A stretch of 64,000 nt of DNA from Ostreococcus lucimarinus (taxonomy: Eukaryota), in NCBI GenBank assembly GCA_000092065.1, contig CP000594.1, one strand, 5' to 3'. Below, piece by piece: positions 9,516 to 21,431 of the stretch; position 1 is the first letter of the stretch, and every line of letters begins with the position of its first letter. Position numbers and translations under genes: made by a program. The notes under the pieces are model-generated. The model saw only the letters and a program-made list of their open reading frames with translations. It searched no databases and was not told the origin of the DNA.

Positions 9516-12263
9516 ATGTCGTCCTCGAGCGACGACGACGACGGGTCGGACGGCGGCGCGGACTTGGCGCGGCGCAAGCGCGCGAGGCGCGGGCGCGACG
9601 AGGCGATTTACGGGTCGTTTTTGGATGATTTCAGAGGCGGCGACGACGACGACGCGACGCGACGCGAACGAGGAAGCGCGCGCGCGCGCGAGCGATCGGG
9701 CGCGCCCGTGGCGTTTCGCGCCGCGAGCGCGGGCGGCGGCGGCGGTGGCGGCGGATTGGGGCTCGCGGCGAGCGCGGGGGCGAGCGGCGGCGGCGGCGGC
9801 TTCGGCGGGTTCGCGCGCGGAGGCACGATGACGGCGGACGACGCGATGCGAGGGACCGACGCGAACGGGAGCGATGATCAGAGCGATGGCGCGGTGAGCG
9901 AGGAAGAGGAAGAGGAAGAGGAAGAGGACGAGGATTTGTTGCCGTCGACGTTCGGGCAGAGGTGCGGGACGCGCGAAGACGCGACGATCGACGCGACGAC
10001 GCGCGCGAACGCGATGAAGGAGAGACTGACGAGCGATGATTGTTATTTTAGATTGGTCGCCGGAGCGGCGCAGCGAGCGAAGATGGCGGAGGATGAACGC
10101 AAGGCGAAGGCGGCGAAGCGACGAGCGGAGGAAAAGGCGGCTCGGGCGAGGAATAAGGATAACGAGGACGCTTTTGCGGGGACGAGCTCGCGCAGAGATG
10201 GCGGCGGACGTAACAGTCGCGCGAACGACGACGTGGGTTCGTTCGAAAAGCACACGAAAGGGATCGGGATGAAACTTTTGGAAAAGATGGGATACAAGAA
10301 GGGCGAAGGTTTGGGCAAGGGCGCGAGCGGTATCTCGCGAGCGTTGGAGACGCAATTGAGACCGAAGAATATGGGTATGGGTTTCAACAACTTTAAGGAA
10401 AACGTGAACGATCCCACTCGGTCGAGTAAACGCGAGGATGACGAAGGTGAAGCGAGCGAGGACGATATGGACGTCGACGACATCACGAGGGCTCGAGATG
10501 AAGCCAAGCGCGCGAGAGAGCAGTCTATGTGGAAGAAACGTAACGAGTTGCGGCGACAAAAGCGCGAATACAAGACAGCGGAAGAGCTGTTGGCGGAAGA
10601 GCAAGAGAACGCATCGTCAGTACAGACGACGACGAACAAATTAAACATCATCGACATGCGCGGCGCGCACGCGACGGTGGTCAACGCCAATGAACTTCAC
10701 AAGGCTCGGGTCGTGCGCGCTGGGGAGGAAGACATCATGCTCCCAGAGTTACAACACAATCTCAAGCTCGTCGTTGATCTCGCTGAAAGCGATATCACGA
10801 AGCTTGATGGAAAGATTCGAAGCGAGAAAGATACACAGGAGATTTTACGTCGGGAAAAGATTCGACTATCCAAAGTTGCTGAGGCCCACGACGAACTTGC
10901 GGCGAGAACTAAGAGCGCGCTCGCGCTCGTCGAGATGTGCAACACACATGGTAAGGCATGCGACACGGCCGAACAATTCGATGCGCTCACGCAATCTTGG
11001 ATGGAGGTTGTCAAGCAATTTCCAAAAGAGTACTACGGACACAGATTAAATCGTCTCGCCCTCGCGCACGCGGCGCCGTACGTGCGTGCGATGTACAAGA
11101 GCTGGGATCTAAGCAAAGATCCAACGCTTGGTGTTGATATTCTGAGACCTTGGCGATCTTTACTCTCACCGGAGCTCGTTCCGGATGAGTACAAGGGCGT
11201 ATTTGAAGACGACTCGTACGAGGACTTGTTACGAGATCCGATGCTTTCGAGACTTCGCCCGATTATTTCATCCAAGTGGGATCCAACGAAGCCCGAGGAT
11301 ATTTTGAATTTCGTTCAAGCGTGGTCTGACGTGATGCCCGAGGCACTCATGCGCGAAATCACGCACGCTCTGGTGTTGCCCAGGCTACAGCGTCGCGTCG
11401 GGGAGTGGGAGCCTACGAAGGAGCGCGTCGCGCTCCACGTTTGGTTCCATCCGTGGTTGCCCATGTTGCATAAAAACCTCAAGGATTTGTATCCTTCTAT
11501 TCGTCAAAAGTTCACGGTGTCCTTGGCAGAGTGGGAAGCGAGCGATTCGAGCGCGTTGACGCTCTTAAAGCCTTGGCAGAGAGTGTTCGAGGCGAAGGAC
11601 TGGTCATCGCTCATGCGCCGTTGCGTCACGCCCAAGCTCGAAGACGCCTTGGCTATGCTCCAAATCAATCCTTCCAACCAAGTACTGGACCCAGTACGAA
11701 CGGTGCTGAAGTGGGAGTCTATGCTTGGCCCGAGCGCGTTCATCACGCTTCTGGAACAGCACTTTTTCCGCAAGTGGCACGCCGCCCTGCACAAGTGGCT
11801 CACCGCAAGCAACGTCGATTTGGACGAGGTCGCGCAATGGTACATCGGATGGAAGACCGTATTCTCCGAAGAACTTCTATCCCACGAACGCATGCGTGTC
11901 CAATTGAACGTTGCCCTAGATATGATGAACCAAGCTGCCGCAGGCGAAGGCGTCGTCATGCCGAACGTTGCTGCACCGCAACCCACCGCACCGCTCGCGG
12001 ACGAACGGCCCGTGCCTCACCCCATGGATGAATCTACGATGTCTCTAAAAGAGATGATTGAAGAATTCGCCAACGCTCACGAGCTTGAATTCATACCGAG
12101 CGCCTCTGGTCGCCGCCACGACGGCTTAGCCGTGTACGTCTTTGGCGGCGTCAGCGTCGTCGTCGACACGGCGCGCGAATCCATTCGCGCCCTCATCGAC
12201 GGCGATTGGACCCCAATTAGCCTAGACCAACTCCTTGATCGCGCCCGCGCGATCAAGCGATGA
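9516..12263 (+). CDS. TFIP11: tuftelin-interacting protein 11 / STIP (Spp382) family spliceosome disassembly factor, with G-patch and TFP11/GCFC domains
   Basis: G-patch: EKHTKGIGMKLLEKMGYKKGEGLGKGASGISRALETQLRPKNMGMGF. Long collinear similarity to TFIP11 as I recall it (HVWFHPWLPML, YPSIRQKF, LTLLKPWQRVF, VAQWYIGWK, EFIPSASGRRHDG). The acidic N-terminus (MSSSSDDDDGSDGG) parallels the human N-terminus. The track's start at 9060 is antisense to the LysM gene. Confidence 0.9.
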   Translation: MSSSSDDDDGSDGGADLARRKRARRGRDEAIYGSFLDDFRGGDDDDATRRERGSARARERSGAPVAFRAASAGGGGGGGGLGLAASAGASGGGGGFGGFARGGTMTADDAMRGTDANGSDDQSDGAVSEEEEEEEEEDEDLLPSTFGQRCGTREDATIDATTRANAMKERLTSDDCYFRLVAGAAQRAKMAEDERKAKAAKRRAEEKAARARNKDNEDAFAGTSSRRDGGGRNSRANDDVGSFEKHTKGIGMKLLEKMGYKKGEGLGKGASGISRALETQLRPKNMGMGFNNFKENVNDPTRSSKREDDEGEASEDDMDVDDITRARDEAKRAREQSMWKKRNELRRQKREYKTAEELLAEEQENASSVQTTTNKLNIIDMRGAHATVVNANELHKARVVRAGEEDIMLPELQHNLKLVVDLAESDITKLDGKIRSEKDTQEILRREKIRLSKVAEAHDELAARTKSALALVEMCNTHGKACDTAEQFDALTQSWMEVVKQFPKEYYGHRLNRLALAHAAPYVRAMYKSWDLSKDPTLGVDILRPWRSLLSPELVPDEYKGVFEDDSYEDLLRDPMLSRLRPIISSKWDPTKPEDILNFVQAWSDVMPEALMREITHALVLPRLQRRVGEWEPTKERVALHVWFHPWLPMLHKNLKDLYPSIRQKFTVSLAEWEASDSSALTLLKPWQRVFEAKDWSSLMRRCVTPKLEDALAMLQINPSNQVLDPVRTVLKWESMLGPSAFITLLEQHFFRKWHAALHKWLTASNVDLDEVAQWYIGWKTVFSEELLSHERMRVQLNVALDMMNQAAAGEGVVMPNVAAPQPTAPLADERPVPHPMDESTMSLKEMIEEFANAHELEFIPSASGRRHDGLAVYVFGGVSVVVDTARESIRALIDGDWTPISLDQLLDRARAIKR

Positions 12264-12362
12264 TTCATTTGCCCAACATTAGCTCGTAGAGTTTGCAAAC
12301 GATCGATTGATCCCGCGACACACCTCCACGACCGCCGCCCTCAGTCGCCGCCTCGCGCCGTC

Positions 12363-13721
12363 ATGACCGACGCCGACCCACCGTCGACGTCGTCCGCGGT
12401 GGACGTCCGCGAAACGACCACCGCGCCCGTGGTTCGGCGTTTCGTTCGCAATCAGGTGCGCACGCGACGCTCGCGCGTTGTCCCACTCGCCGAAAAGTGT
12501 CCCGAACCGAAACTGACCGCGCCGACGCAGATTCCGGACGAGATCGCCAACGATCCCGAGCTCGAGACGGCAATGAAAGTGTTGCCGGTGAATTACGACT
12601 TCGAGGTGAAGAAGACGGTGTGGCGGTTGCGACAGGTGGGGGTGAAGACGCTCGCGCTGCAGTTTCCCGAAGGTTTGTTGCTGTACGCGACGACGCTGTC
12701 GGATATATTTCAAACGTTCGCGGGCGTGCGAGACGTGGTGATACTGGGAGACGTGACGTACGGTGCGTGTTGCGTGGATGATTACACCGCGGAGTCGCTG
12801 GGGTGCGACTTTTTAGTGCATTACGGGCACTCGTGCTTGGTGCCGGTGGACGTGACGCGAATGAAGTGTCTGTACGTCTTTGTGGATATTTCGTTCGACG
12901 TCGGGCACTTGTGCGCGTCTGTGGAGCACAATTTTAAACCTGGGTCGAGGTTGATCCTGGCGGGGACGATTCAGTTCGCGAGTGCGATCCAAGAGACGCG
13001 GACGCGATTGGCGGAAAGGTATCCCTCGCTCGCGGTACCGCAAGCCAAGCCGTTGTCGCCGGGAGAGGTTTTGGGATGCACGGCACCTGTGATCGAAGAC
13101 GCGAAGGATAGAGACGCAATAGTGTTCGTCGCCGATGGACGATTCCATCTCGAGGCGATTATGATCGCCAATCCGACGGTGCCGGCGTTTCGCTATGATC
13201 CGTACCAGCGCATTCTGACGCGCGAAGAGTACGCGCACAAGGAGATGCGTTCGGTGCGTAAAAGCATGGTATCTCGAGCGAAAGACGCAAAAACATTCGG
13301 CATAGTTCTCGGCACGCTCGGTCGTCAGGGAAATCCGGCGATTCTGGAACATTTAATGTCTCTCATGCGCGTCAAGGGTCGAGAGTACGTCGTGTTTTTA
13401 ATCAGTGAGATGAACCCTGCGAAGATGGCCGCGCTCGAGGGCCTCGACGCGTTCGTCCAAGTGGCTTGTCCGCGATTATCGATCGATTGGGGGGAAGAAT
13501 TCGATCGACCGGTGTTGACGCCGTATGAGGCGGAAGTCGCGCTCGATAACGTCGAGCCGTGGTGGTTACTGGCTGGCGTCGCCCCGGGCGAGGAATACGC
13601 ACCTTACCCGATGGACTACTACGCCAAAGACGGCGGCTCGTGGAGCAGTAGCTACCACAAGCAAACAGGTAAGAATGGCAAGCCCAAGCGCGCGCCAGTG
13701 CGCATCGAAACCGCCGAGTGA
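12363..13721 (+). CDS. DPH1: diphthamide biosynthesis protein 1 (2-(3-amino-3-carboxypropyl)histidine synthase subunit 1)
   Basis: LPVNYDFEVKKTVWRLRQVGVKTLALQFPEGLLLYA...GDVTYGACCVDDY...HYGHSCLVP are DPH1 signature segments. It starts 99 bp after the TFIP11 stop. Confidence 0.9.
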   Translation: MTDADPPSTSSAVDVRETTTAPVVRRFVRNQVRTRRSRVVPLAEKCPEPKLTAPTQIPDEIANDPELETAMKVLPVNYDFEVKKTVWRLRQVGVKTLALQFPEGLLLYATTLSDIFQTFAGVRDVVILGDVTYGACCVDDYTAESLGCDFLVHYGHSCLVPVDVTRMKCLYVFVDISFDVGHLCASVEHNFKPGSRLILAGTIQFASAIQETRTRLAERYPSLAVPQAKPLSPGEVLGCTAPVIEDAKDRDAIVFVADGRFHLEAIMIANPTVPAFRYDPYQRILTREEYAHKEMRSVRKSMVSRAKDAKTFGIVLGTLGRQGNPAILEHLMSLMRVKGREYVVFLISEMNPAKMAALEGLDAFVQVACPRLSIDWGEEFDRPVLTPYEAEVALDNVEPWWLLAGVAPGEEYAPYPMDYYAKDGGSWSSSYHKQTGKNGKPKRAPVRIETAE

Positions 13722-13778
13722 TGTGATTCGTCTCTCGCGCAGTCGTCTTTGTTGCATTTTAGCTCTAGCTCTAGTTTT

Positions 13779-14447
13779 CTATTCAGTCCTCGCGGACGAT
13801 CGCGTCGAGTACCTCACGCTCGCCATGTCGCTCTGTCGCACTAAATCCCACTCCCCGTTCCCCACCTCGCACGCCTGCATCACCTCACCGAACCACCGCG
13901 CGTACACGTACCCCATCGGCACCCCGCCCAACTCCTCGTCCCTCCGTTCGCTCACCACCACCAACCGCTCCTCTCCGCTCTCATCATCCCTCGCGCTCTC
14001 GTGCAGCGCCGCCAACGTTTTCGCGTACGCTATCTCTCGTTTCACTCTATCCTTCCCACCACACTTGATCAAACTTCCCAAATCGTCGACGACGTACGCC
14101 GTCGGCTGCGCGTTCGCCGGCGCCGCGTGTCTGAAGCAGCACAGCGCCCGCACGTCCTGGTCGTCCTCCGCGTACTTGATTCCGATTCGATCGAGCGCGC
14201 GCGGGTCGTCTTTCAGCAGCTCATCCCGCGTGGCGTGCACGCGCGCGCGATCCATCGCCCGTTCGCTCGCGATGTACAGCACTCGCCCATCCGGATTTTC
14301 CCGCACGTAACGCACGCAGAAGCGAAGCAACAGCGTCGTCTTCCCGCATTCCGGCGGGCCGACGAGCACGACGCGCGTCTGCGCGCGCTCCGACGTCTCC
14401 GCGCGCGTCGCCGCGTCCAAAGGTTCGGCGAACGCGCGCGGATGCAT
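13779..14447 (-). CDS. small P-loop NTPase with RecA/RAD51-paralogue-like Walker A and B motifs
   Basis: Walker A VVLVGPPECGKTTLLLRF and Walker B-like AYVVDDLGSL, about 220 aa from the ATG at 14447 (MHPRAF...). The upstream part of the track ORF is Arg-rich junk. The family assignment is tentative. Confidence 0.55.
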   Translation of the reverse strand: MHPRAFAEPLDAATRAETSERAQTRVVLVGPPECGKTTLLLRFCVRYVRENPDGRVLYIASERAMDRARVHATRDELLKDDPRALDRIGIKYAEDDQDVRALCCFRHAAPANAQPTAYVVDDLGSLIKCGGKDRVKREIAYAKTLAALHESARDDESGEERLVVVSERRDEELGGVPMGYVYARWFGEVMQACEVGNGEWDLVRQSDMASVRYSTRSSARTE

Positions 14448-14863
14448 CGCTCGCGCCCAACAATGCGGTACAAATGAACGCGTCGCGCGACGTCGTGCGC
14501 GTCGCGGTGCGCGACGGTGACGCGGAGGCGACCGTGGATGACGTCGCGATCGATCGATCGCGTCCGAACGCGCTCGAACGCGCGGTGAGGGCGAGTAAAC
14601 GCGCGTGCATGAAGCGATTGAACGCGCTGATGGGCGTCCCGGACGAAGAGAGCGACGAAGAGCGCGACGACGCGGGCGAAGACGACGCCGAAGACGACGA
14701 GAATCGATAGCCATGTAATGTGTACGCGCTTCACGACGCGCGCGGCGCGCGAAAACGCCCCGCGGCGCGCGATGCGACGCGATGCGCGTTGAATAATCAA
14801 AAGCGTCCCCGAGTCGACCGCGCGCGTCACTCTCGCGCGCGCGTGGGCCGCGCGCGCGCGCCG

Positions 14864-16528
14864 ATGTCGCGCAAAAACGCGAACGCGCCGCCGCACTGGA
14901 TGTCCGAGGCGCAGACCGAGCGCGCGGACGCGCGAACGGCGACGCGGGAGGCGCAAACGCTTCGTCATCCAGAGGGACATCTTGAACGAGAGGCGACGAC
15001 GGCGGCGACGACGGCGTGGGAAACGCACGTCGCGCCGGATGGGCGAACGTATTACTATCACCCGGAGACGCGGCGGAGCACGTACGCGAAGCCGGAGGAG
15101 ATGATGACGACGATGGAGCGCGCGGAGGCGGCGACGCGGTGGCGAAAGTTTACGGCGCCGGCGGCGGACTCGACGGGAGCGATGAAGACGTATTGGGCAC
15201 ACGAGGACACGGGAGTGACGACGTGGGAGACGCCGAAGGAGATTGAGGAGGTGAGGGAGATCGTGCGGCGAGCGGAGGCGCGGGCGACGGGGCCGGGAGG
15301 TCGAGGAACGGGAGCGGGGCGCGCGGAGAGTCGAAACGAGAGCGGACGAGCGAGCGGCGAGGATGCGGCGCCGTTTGCGAAGGAATACGCGAGTATGGAG
15401 GAAGCGAAACAGGCGTTTAAGAAGATGCTCGCCGAGTACGGCGTTCGGGGATCGACGAAGTGGGATGAAGTGGTGAATCGAGCTGGGGCGGATGCGCGGT
15501 TTTCGGCGCTGCGGTCGACGGGGGAGAAGAAGCAGTGTTTGAATGAGTATCAGATGGCGCAGGCGAAGATCGAGCGCGAGGCGAAGAGAATGGCGGAAAA
15601 GAAGGCGCGCGAGGCGTTTAGAGCGATGCTCGAGGAGCACGGAGAAGCGTTGGGCTTGACGTCGAATTCCAGATTGTCGCGAGACGGATCGCTGGAGCAG
15701 GCGCTGCGGGACGACGCGCGGTGGCGCGCGGTGACTGATCAACGCGAACGTGCGGAAATATTTGAAGACTACACGCGAGATTTACGTGTGCGCGAAAAAC
15801 ACGAGCGCGAGCACACGAAAACGAAGCGTGCTTCGGAGTTTAGGGAGTGTTTGATCGAAGCTGGCGCGACGTCAGAGATGACGTGGCGAAAGATTTATGA
15901 AGTCGTCAAGGACGACCCGCGATGCGAGCGATGCGAACCTTTGGCTCGTTTGGATGTGTTCGAAAGCATAGTGCGTGATTTGGCTCGCGCAGAGAGGGCC
16001 AAACTCGAAGTCGAGCGCAAGGCCAAAGCGCGCGAAGAGCGCAAGCGTCGCGAAGACTTTGTTGCGCTGCTCGCCGAGTCGCAAGCCGACGGCATCATAA
16101 CGCCACGGATGCCGTGGAAGTCGTTCGTGAAGCGCATCGAGAACGACGAGCGATACGTCAGATTGTGTCAAAACCTCGATGGATCGCGACCGCGCGAGTT
16201 ATTTGAGGATTTAATCGACGAGATCGAGGGCGAGATTGATCGAAAGTTGGACGATTTTGAAGACTTGCTGCGCGACGGATACAAGGCGCGCGAGTTGCAC
16301 GGCAACACGACGTGGGAAAAGGCGGAGAAGCTGTACAGACACGACAAGGCTTGGAAGCAAGCGCCTCGGGACGAGGCGCGTAAGCTGTTTGTGAAGTTTA
16401 TCGCGAAAGTTTTCCGGCGTGAGCAAGAGAAAGAGCGCCGTAAGCGCGAGGGCATTCGCAGCGAGGACGACGCGGACAGGCCGTCGTCGCGCAAAAAGTC
16501 TCGTCGCGATCGTAGCGCGAGTCGATGA
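14864..16528 (+). CDS. PRP40: pre-mRNA-processing factor 40 (PRP40; two WW domains plus FF domains)
   Basis: WW domains: WETHVAPDGRTYYYHPETRRSTYAKPEE and WAHEDTGVTTWETPKE. Repeated FF domains follow (EEAKQAFKKMLAEYGVRGSTKWDEV...). The ATG at 14864 lies 416 bp from the divergent P-loop gene. Confidence 0.85.
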   Translation: MSRKNANAPPHWMSEAQTERADARTATREAQTLRHPEGHLEREATTAATTAWETHVAPDGRTYYYHPETRRSTYAKPEEMMTTMERAEAATRWRKFTAPAADSTGAMKTYWAHEDTGVTTWETPKEIEEVREIVRRAEARATGPGGRGTGAGRAESRNESGRASGEDAAPFAKEYASMEEAKQAFKKMLAEYGVRGSTKWDEVVNRAGADARFSALRSTGEKKQCLNEYQMAQAKIEREAKRMAEKKAREAFRAMLEEHGEALGLTSNSRLSRDGSLEQALRDDARWRAVTDQRERAEIFEDYTRDLRVREKHEREHTKTKRASEFRECLIEAGATSEMTWRKIYEVVKDDPRCERCEPLARLDVFESIVRDLARAERAKLEVERKAKAREERKRREDFVALLAESQADGIITPRMPWKSFVKRIENDERYVRLCQNLDGSRPRELFEDLIDEIEGEIDRKLDDFEDLLRDGYKARELHGNTTWEKAEKLYRHDKAWKQAPRDEARKLFVKFIAKVFRREQEKERRKREGIRSEDDADRPSSRKKSRRDRSASR

Positions 16529-16556
16529 CGGGGCGAACGAGACGGATTGATTTAAT

Positions 16557-16561
16557 TGTAA
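16557..16561 (+). terminator. TGTAA poly(A) signal 29 nt after the PRP40 stop codon
   Basis: ...gattgatttaatTGTAAttcag. Confidence 0.4.
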
Positions 16562-16820
16562 TTCAGTGATACGTAGAATTCAACAAGTGTTGTACGATTC
16601 GCTGACATAGTTAGGCGGTGACCCATCCGCGCCGAAATTCGCCGAAACTTTACCCTCGGCTCTACTCAACGGTGGTTGTTGCTTTTGCTCACTCTCCTCT
16701 CAAGTCATCTTCTTCTTCCGTTCTTCTCTTCTTCTTCATAACACGCTGCCCATATCTTCGTGGCCGTACGTTGTATTTTTTCTTCTTGCTCTCTTTTAAA
16801 CAGATGTCGTCGACGCGCGC

Positions 16821-17860
16821 TTAGTCGTAGCGGTCGAGCTTGATTTGCATCGGTCGGTGCTCCAACTCGACGCCGTTGAAACCTTGGATCGCGGCTTGCG
16901 CCTGTTCGCGGGTTTCGAAGAGCACGGTACCCCAGCCCTTGGATCGGCCGGTGTCGGTGTGGCACACCGCAACGGCGTTCACGACGTTACCAACTTGTTG
17001 GAACACTTGGCGGAGATCCTCGCTGGTGGTGGTCCACGGCAAGTTGCGAACGACGATTTGCAAGCCGCTCGAGTTCTCCGGACGAGTCTCGACGCGCGCG
17101 CTCTTTTGGCCAGCTCCCGGACGCTCGACGCGAACGATGATCGATCGGCCTTGAATCTCAGAGTTGTGCATTTGCTCGATGGCGTTTTGCGCCTCCTCCG
17201 GCGTGGCGAAGTCGACCAAGGCCCAACCCTTGGATCGCCCGCCGCTTTGGCGCGCCACCTCGCATTGCACGACGTTCACGCCGAAGCTCGCGCAGTGCGA
17301 CGTGAGCGTTTCCTCCGAGGTTTCCCACGCGAGGTTACCGAAGTAGCATCGGCATCCGTCGCCGCCCGCCGGGGCGTCGCCGAGCACGCTCGCGCTCGCC
17401 TTCTTCGCGCCGCCCGCCGCCTTCGTCGGCGCCTTGTCTTCGCGCACCGTGATCGTGCGATCACCGAGCGGCGTGCCTGCGGTTCGCCAACGCCGCGCGT
17501 TCCATCGTCAGTCTCCACCACATTCCCTCGTTTTCACCCATCTCGCGCGCTCGCGCCCGTCGCTCGCAATCTTCGTCTCGCCCGCGATCTCGATCTTCGC
17601 CCCGCGATCGCGTCCAATCCGCGCCCGATCCGCGTCTCTCTTCACGCACCGTCCATCCGCGTCACCGCGGCCTGCGCCTCGGCCTCGGAGTTAAACTCCA
17701 CGAGTCCGTACCCCCGGCTTCGCCCCTGGCGCCCCGTCGGGATGTCCACGCGCGTCACGCCGCCGCACTCCGCGAAGAGCTCGCGCAAATCCTCGATCGT
17801 CGTGCTCCACGGGATGTTCCCGACGTATAATCGCGCGCTCGATCCCCCGTCGACGTCCAT
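16821..17860 (-). CDS. RNA-binding protein with three RRM domains; two exons (17860..17650 and 17476..16821)
   Basis: Exon 1 encodes MDVDGGSSARLYVGNIPWSTTIEDLRELFAECGGVTRVDIPTGRQGRSRGYGLVEFNSEAEAQAAVTRMDG (RRM1) and ends at a GTGCGTG donor. Exon 2 follows a CAG acceptor, is phase-1 compatible, and continues with two more RRMs (CYFGNLAWETSEETL...KGWALVDF and LQIVVRNLPWTTTSEDL...KGWGTVLF). The two track ORFs (17642..17860 and 16821..17447, the latter GTG-started) are the two exons. Confidence 0.75.
17477..17649 (-). other. spliceosomal intron (173 nt) of the RRM gene
   Basis: Donor GACG|GTGCGTGAA; branch agaCTGACgatgg 31 nt upstream of acceptor aaccgCAG|G. Splicing restores a continuous RRM1-linker-RRM2 reading frame. 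Confidence 0.7.
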
Positions 17861-18319
17861 GGTGATGTGCGGATGTGCGTCCGCGTTCTCGCCGTGCGTC
17901 CGTGCGCGTCGCTGTGTGTCGCGGTGTGCGGCGTCGACGTCGCGCGACGATCGAACAATCGTCGCGATCGAGCGATCGATCGGCGGCGGTGCCGGCGGCG
18001 CGCGCGGGACGCGTGATTCGTGGTTTTTCGGTGTTCAATGCGTGTTTTTTCGCGCTTTGTACGGTCGATGTGCGCTATCGACGACGACGCGCGATCGCGC
18101 GCGGCCCCGTTCACGTGTCCCACTCCGAATGTCCGAACGCGTCAACCAATCGTATGGGTAAACAGTGATAGTCAGCTGGTGCGTCCCGCGCGTCCCGAAC
18201 ATCGGTCGTTTCGCACTGTTTGTCCACACGAATCGTCTGGTGCGCGCGTTACATCGCGGCGCGCGTCGTTCGCGCGCGATTCGCGCGCGCGCGCGGCGAC
18301 GCCGCGGCGCGTCGCGGCG

Positions 18320-19804
18320 ATGGCGAGCGCGAACGGCGGCGCGGCGTCGGACGCGACGTCGACGCTCGTCGTCGCGTGCACGACGGCGTCGCTGTACGCG
18401 TTCGGGGACTGGTTCCTGAAACACATCCTGTGCGCGGAGACGCGGGATCTCATCAGCGCGCGCGTGTCGGCGACGTTCTCGGCGACGTTCGCGGTGACGT
18501 CGTCGATGCTGTTCCTGATCGGGTACGAGATCGCGAACGCGGTGAACGCGAGGACGCTGCGGTGGTCCTGGGCGGGCGCGCTCGGGAGCGGGACGGCGGC
18601 GCTGCTGGGCGTCGCGCCGTGGGAGCTGTTCGCGCTCGGATTCGAGGCGCTGGGAGGGAAGGGAGGGGGGAGGGACGGCGCGGGAGGCGCGGGAAGGGGA
18701 CGAAGGCGACGGGCGTACGCGTGGGCGACGGCGGCGACGGGGGGGTTCGCGTACGCGTTTTTGGGGTTGGCGAGACGAGGCGCGAGCGGGGAAGACGACG
18801 GCTCCGTGATGGTTCGCGTCGTGTCGCGCACGGCGGTGTTGGGGATTTGTCTGTTGGGCGTGTTGTCGGGGTTCGGGATGGTGCACTTTCCGTACACGAC
18901 GGTGCGGATTTTTCACCGCGCGATTCCGGACGCCGAGGTCTCTGGTCTCGAACGGCGTTTGGTGCAGAGCGTGGAGACGATCGTGGAGCGAAAGAAACGC
19001 ATTGAGATCTTGAAGTACGAGATCGCGCGCGAGGCGCGGATGGAGCGCGATAGGAATAGCAAAAATGGAGGCGGCGGAAGTTTGTTCAACCGTCTCGCCG
19101 GCGGGTTTCGCCTTCCGGGCCTCGGCGAAGCTCGAGGGGAACAGATCTTAGCCATAAGCGCCGAAATAGAGGCGCTAGAGATGGTGAACAACACTCTGTT
19201 CTTCGATCTCCACGACGTCAACTTGCAGCGACAGCGCGCAAAGATGTCCAAAACCCCCTACGGCCGCTTTCTCGAGCTCTGCGGCGTCGGCATGGCCGTC
19301 GTGTGCGGCTACCGCCTCGTCGCCGGATTCAAGCGTTTGATTTTCAAACAAACCCCCACGAGCGATCCAATCTCTTTCGCTCTACACATATTCTTAGCCA
19401 ACAAGGCCATTCACATCGATCCCGCGACGTTGGCGCAGTACCTCAGCCTGCTCTTGATCGCCTTCCTCGTCATCAACTCGATGCAAAACTTCATCACCCA
19501 GCTCGTCAAGCTCTTCTTCGCCTACGGCGGCGGCGTCACCACGGACGCCCTGGTGCTATTCACCACCGAGATGGTCGGTCTGTACTTCCTCTCCTCCGTG
19601 TTATTAGTCCGAGAGCAGCTTCCCGAGCGTTACCGCCACGTCGTCACCGAGGCGCTCGGCGCCGACTTGGAGTTTCGCTTCTACGCCAAATTCTACGAGC
19701 TCATCTTCATGGCGAGCGCCGCGCTCACCGCCATCGCGCTCTACGCCAAGCACGTCACCGCCACCGTCACCGCGGACGTCTCCAAGCCCGTTCGTCGCGC
19801 GTGA
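18320..19804 (+). CDS. GPR89: Golgi pH regulator / GPCR-type G protein (GPR89/GTG family) multi-pass membrane protein
   Basis: The C-terminal region LSSVLLVREQLPERYRHVVTEALGADLEFRFYAKFYELIFMASAALTAIALYAKH closely matches GPR89 as I recall it. The central segment (RRLVQSVETIVERKKRIEILKYEIA...LFFDLHDVNLQRQRAKMSKTPYGRFLELCGV) matches the GPHR_N/ABA_GPCR region. Start at the ATG at 18320 (MASANGG). Confidence 0.8.
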   Translation: MASANGGAASDATSTLVVACTTASLYAFGDWFLKHILCAETRDLISARVSATFSATFAVTSSMLFLIGYEIANAVNARTLRWSWAGALGSGTAALLGVAPWELFALGFEALGGKGGGRDGAGGAGRGRRRRAYAWATAATGGFAYAFLGLARRGASGEDDGSVMVRVVSRTAVLGICLLGVLSGFGMVHFPYTTVRIFHRAIPDAEVSGLERRLVQSVETIVERKKRIEILKYEIAREARMERDRNSKNGGGGSLFNRLAGGFRLPGLGEARGEQILAISAEIEALEMVNNTLFFDLHDVNLQRQRAKMSKTPYGRFLELCGVGMAVVCGYRLVAGFKRLIFKQTPTSDPISFALHIFLANKAIHIDPATLAQYLSLLLIAFLVINSMQNFITQLVKLFFAYGGGVTTDALVLFTTEMVGLYFLSSVLLVREQLPERYRHVVTEALGADLEFRFYAKFYELIFMASAALTAIALYAKHVTATVTADVSKPVRRA

Positions 19805-21307
<1,503 letters not shown>

Positions 21308-21431
21308 TCTTCCGGTGCTGATCCAATCAGAATCGTCTCTTGCACGAACTATTTACGAAAACTTTAATCGCGCGCGCGGCTCCGCAACGCAGCATGTCTC
21401 TCATATTACTATCATACCACATCAATAAACT

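Noticed and set aside
9129-10604. 491-aa minus-strand ORF antisense to TFIP11
   Set aside because: Arg/Ala-rich, no domain. The opposite strand has unambiguous TFIP11 homology.
14213-15742. 509-aa minus-strand ORF antisense to PRP40
   Set aside because: Extreme Arg/Leu/Pro bias (RRRRRRR runs). PRP40 WW and FF domains are on the plus strand.
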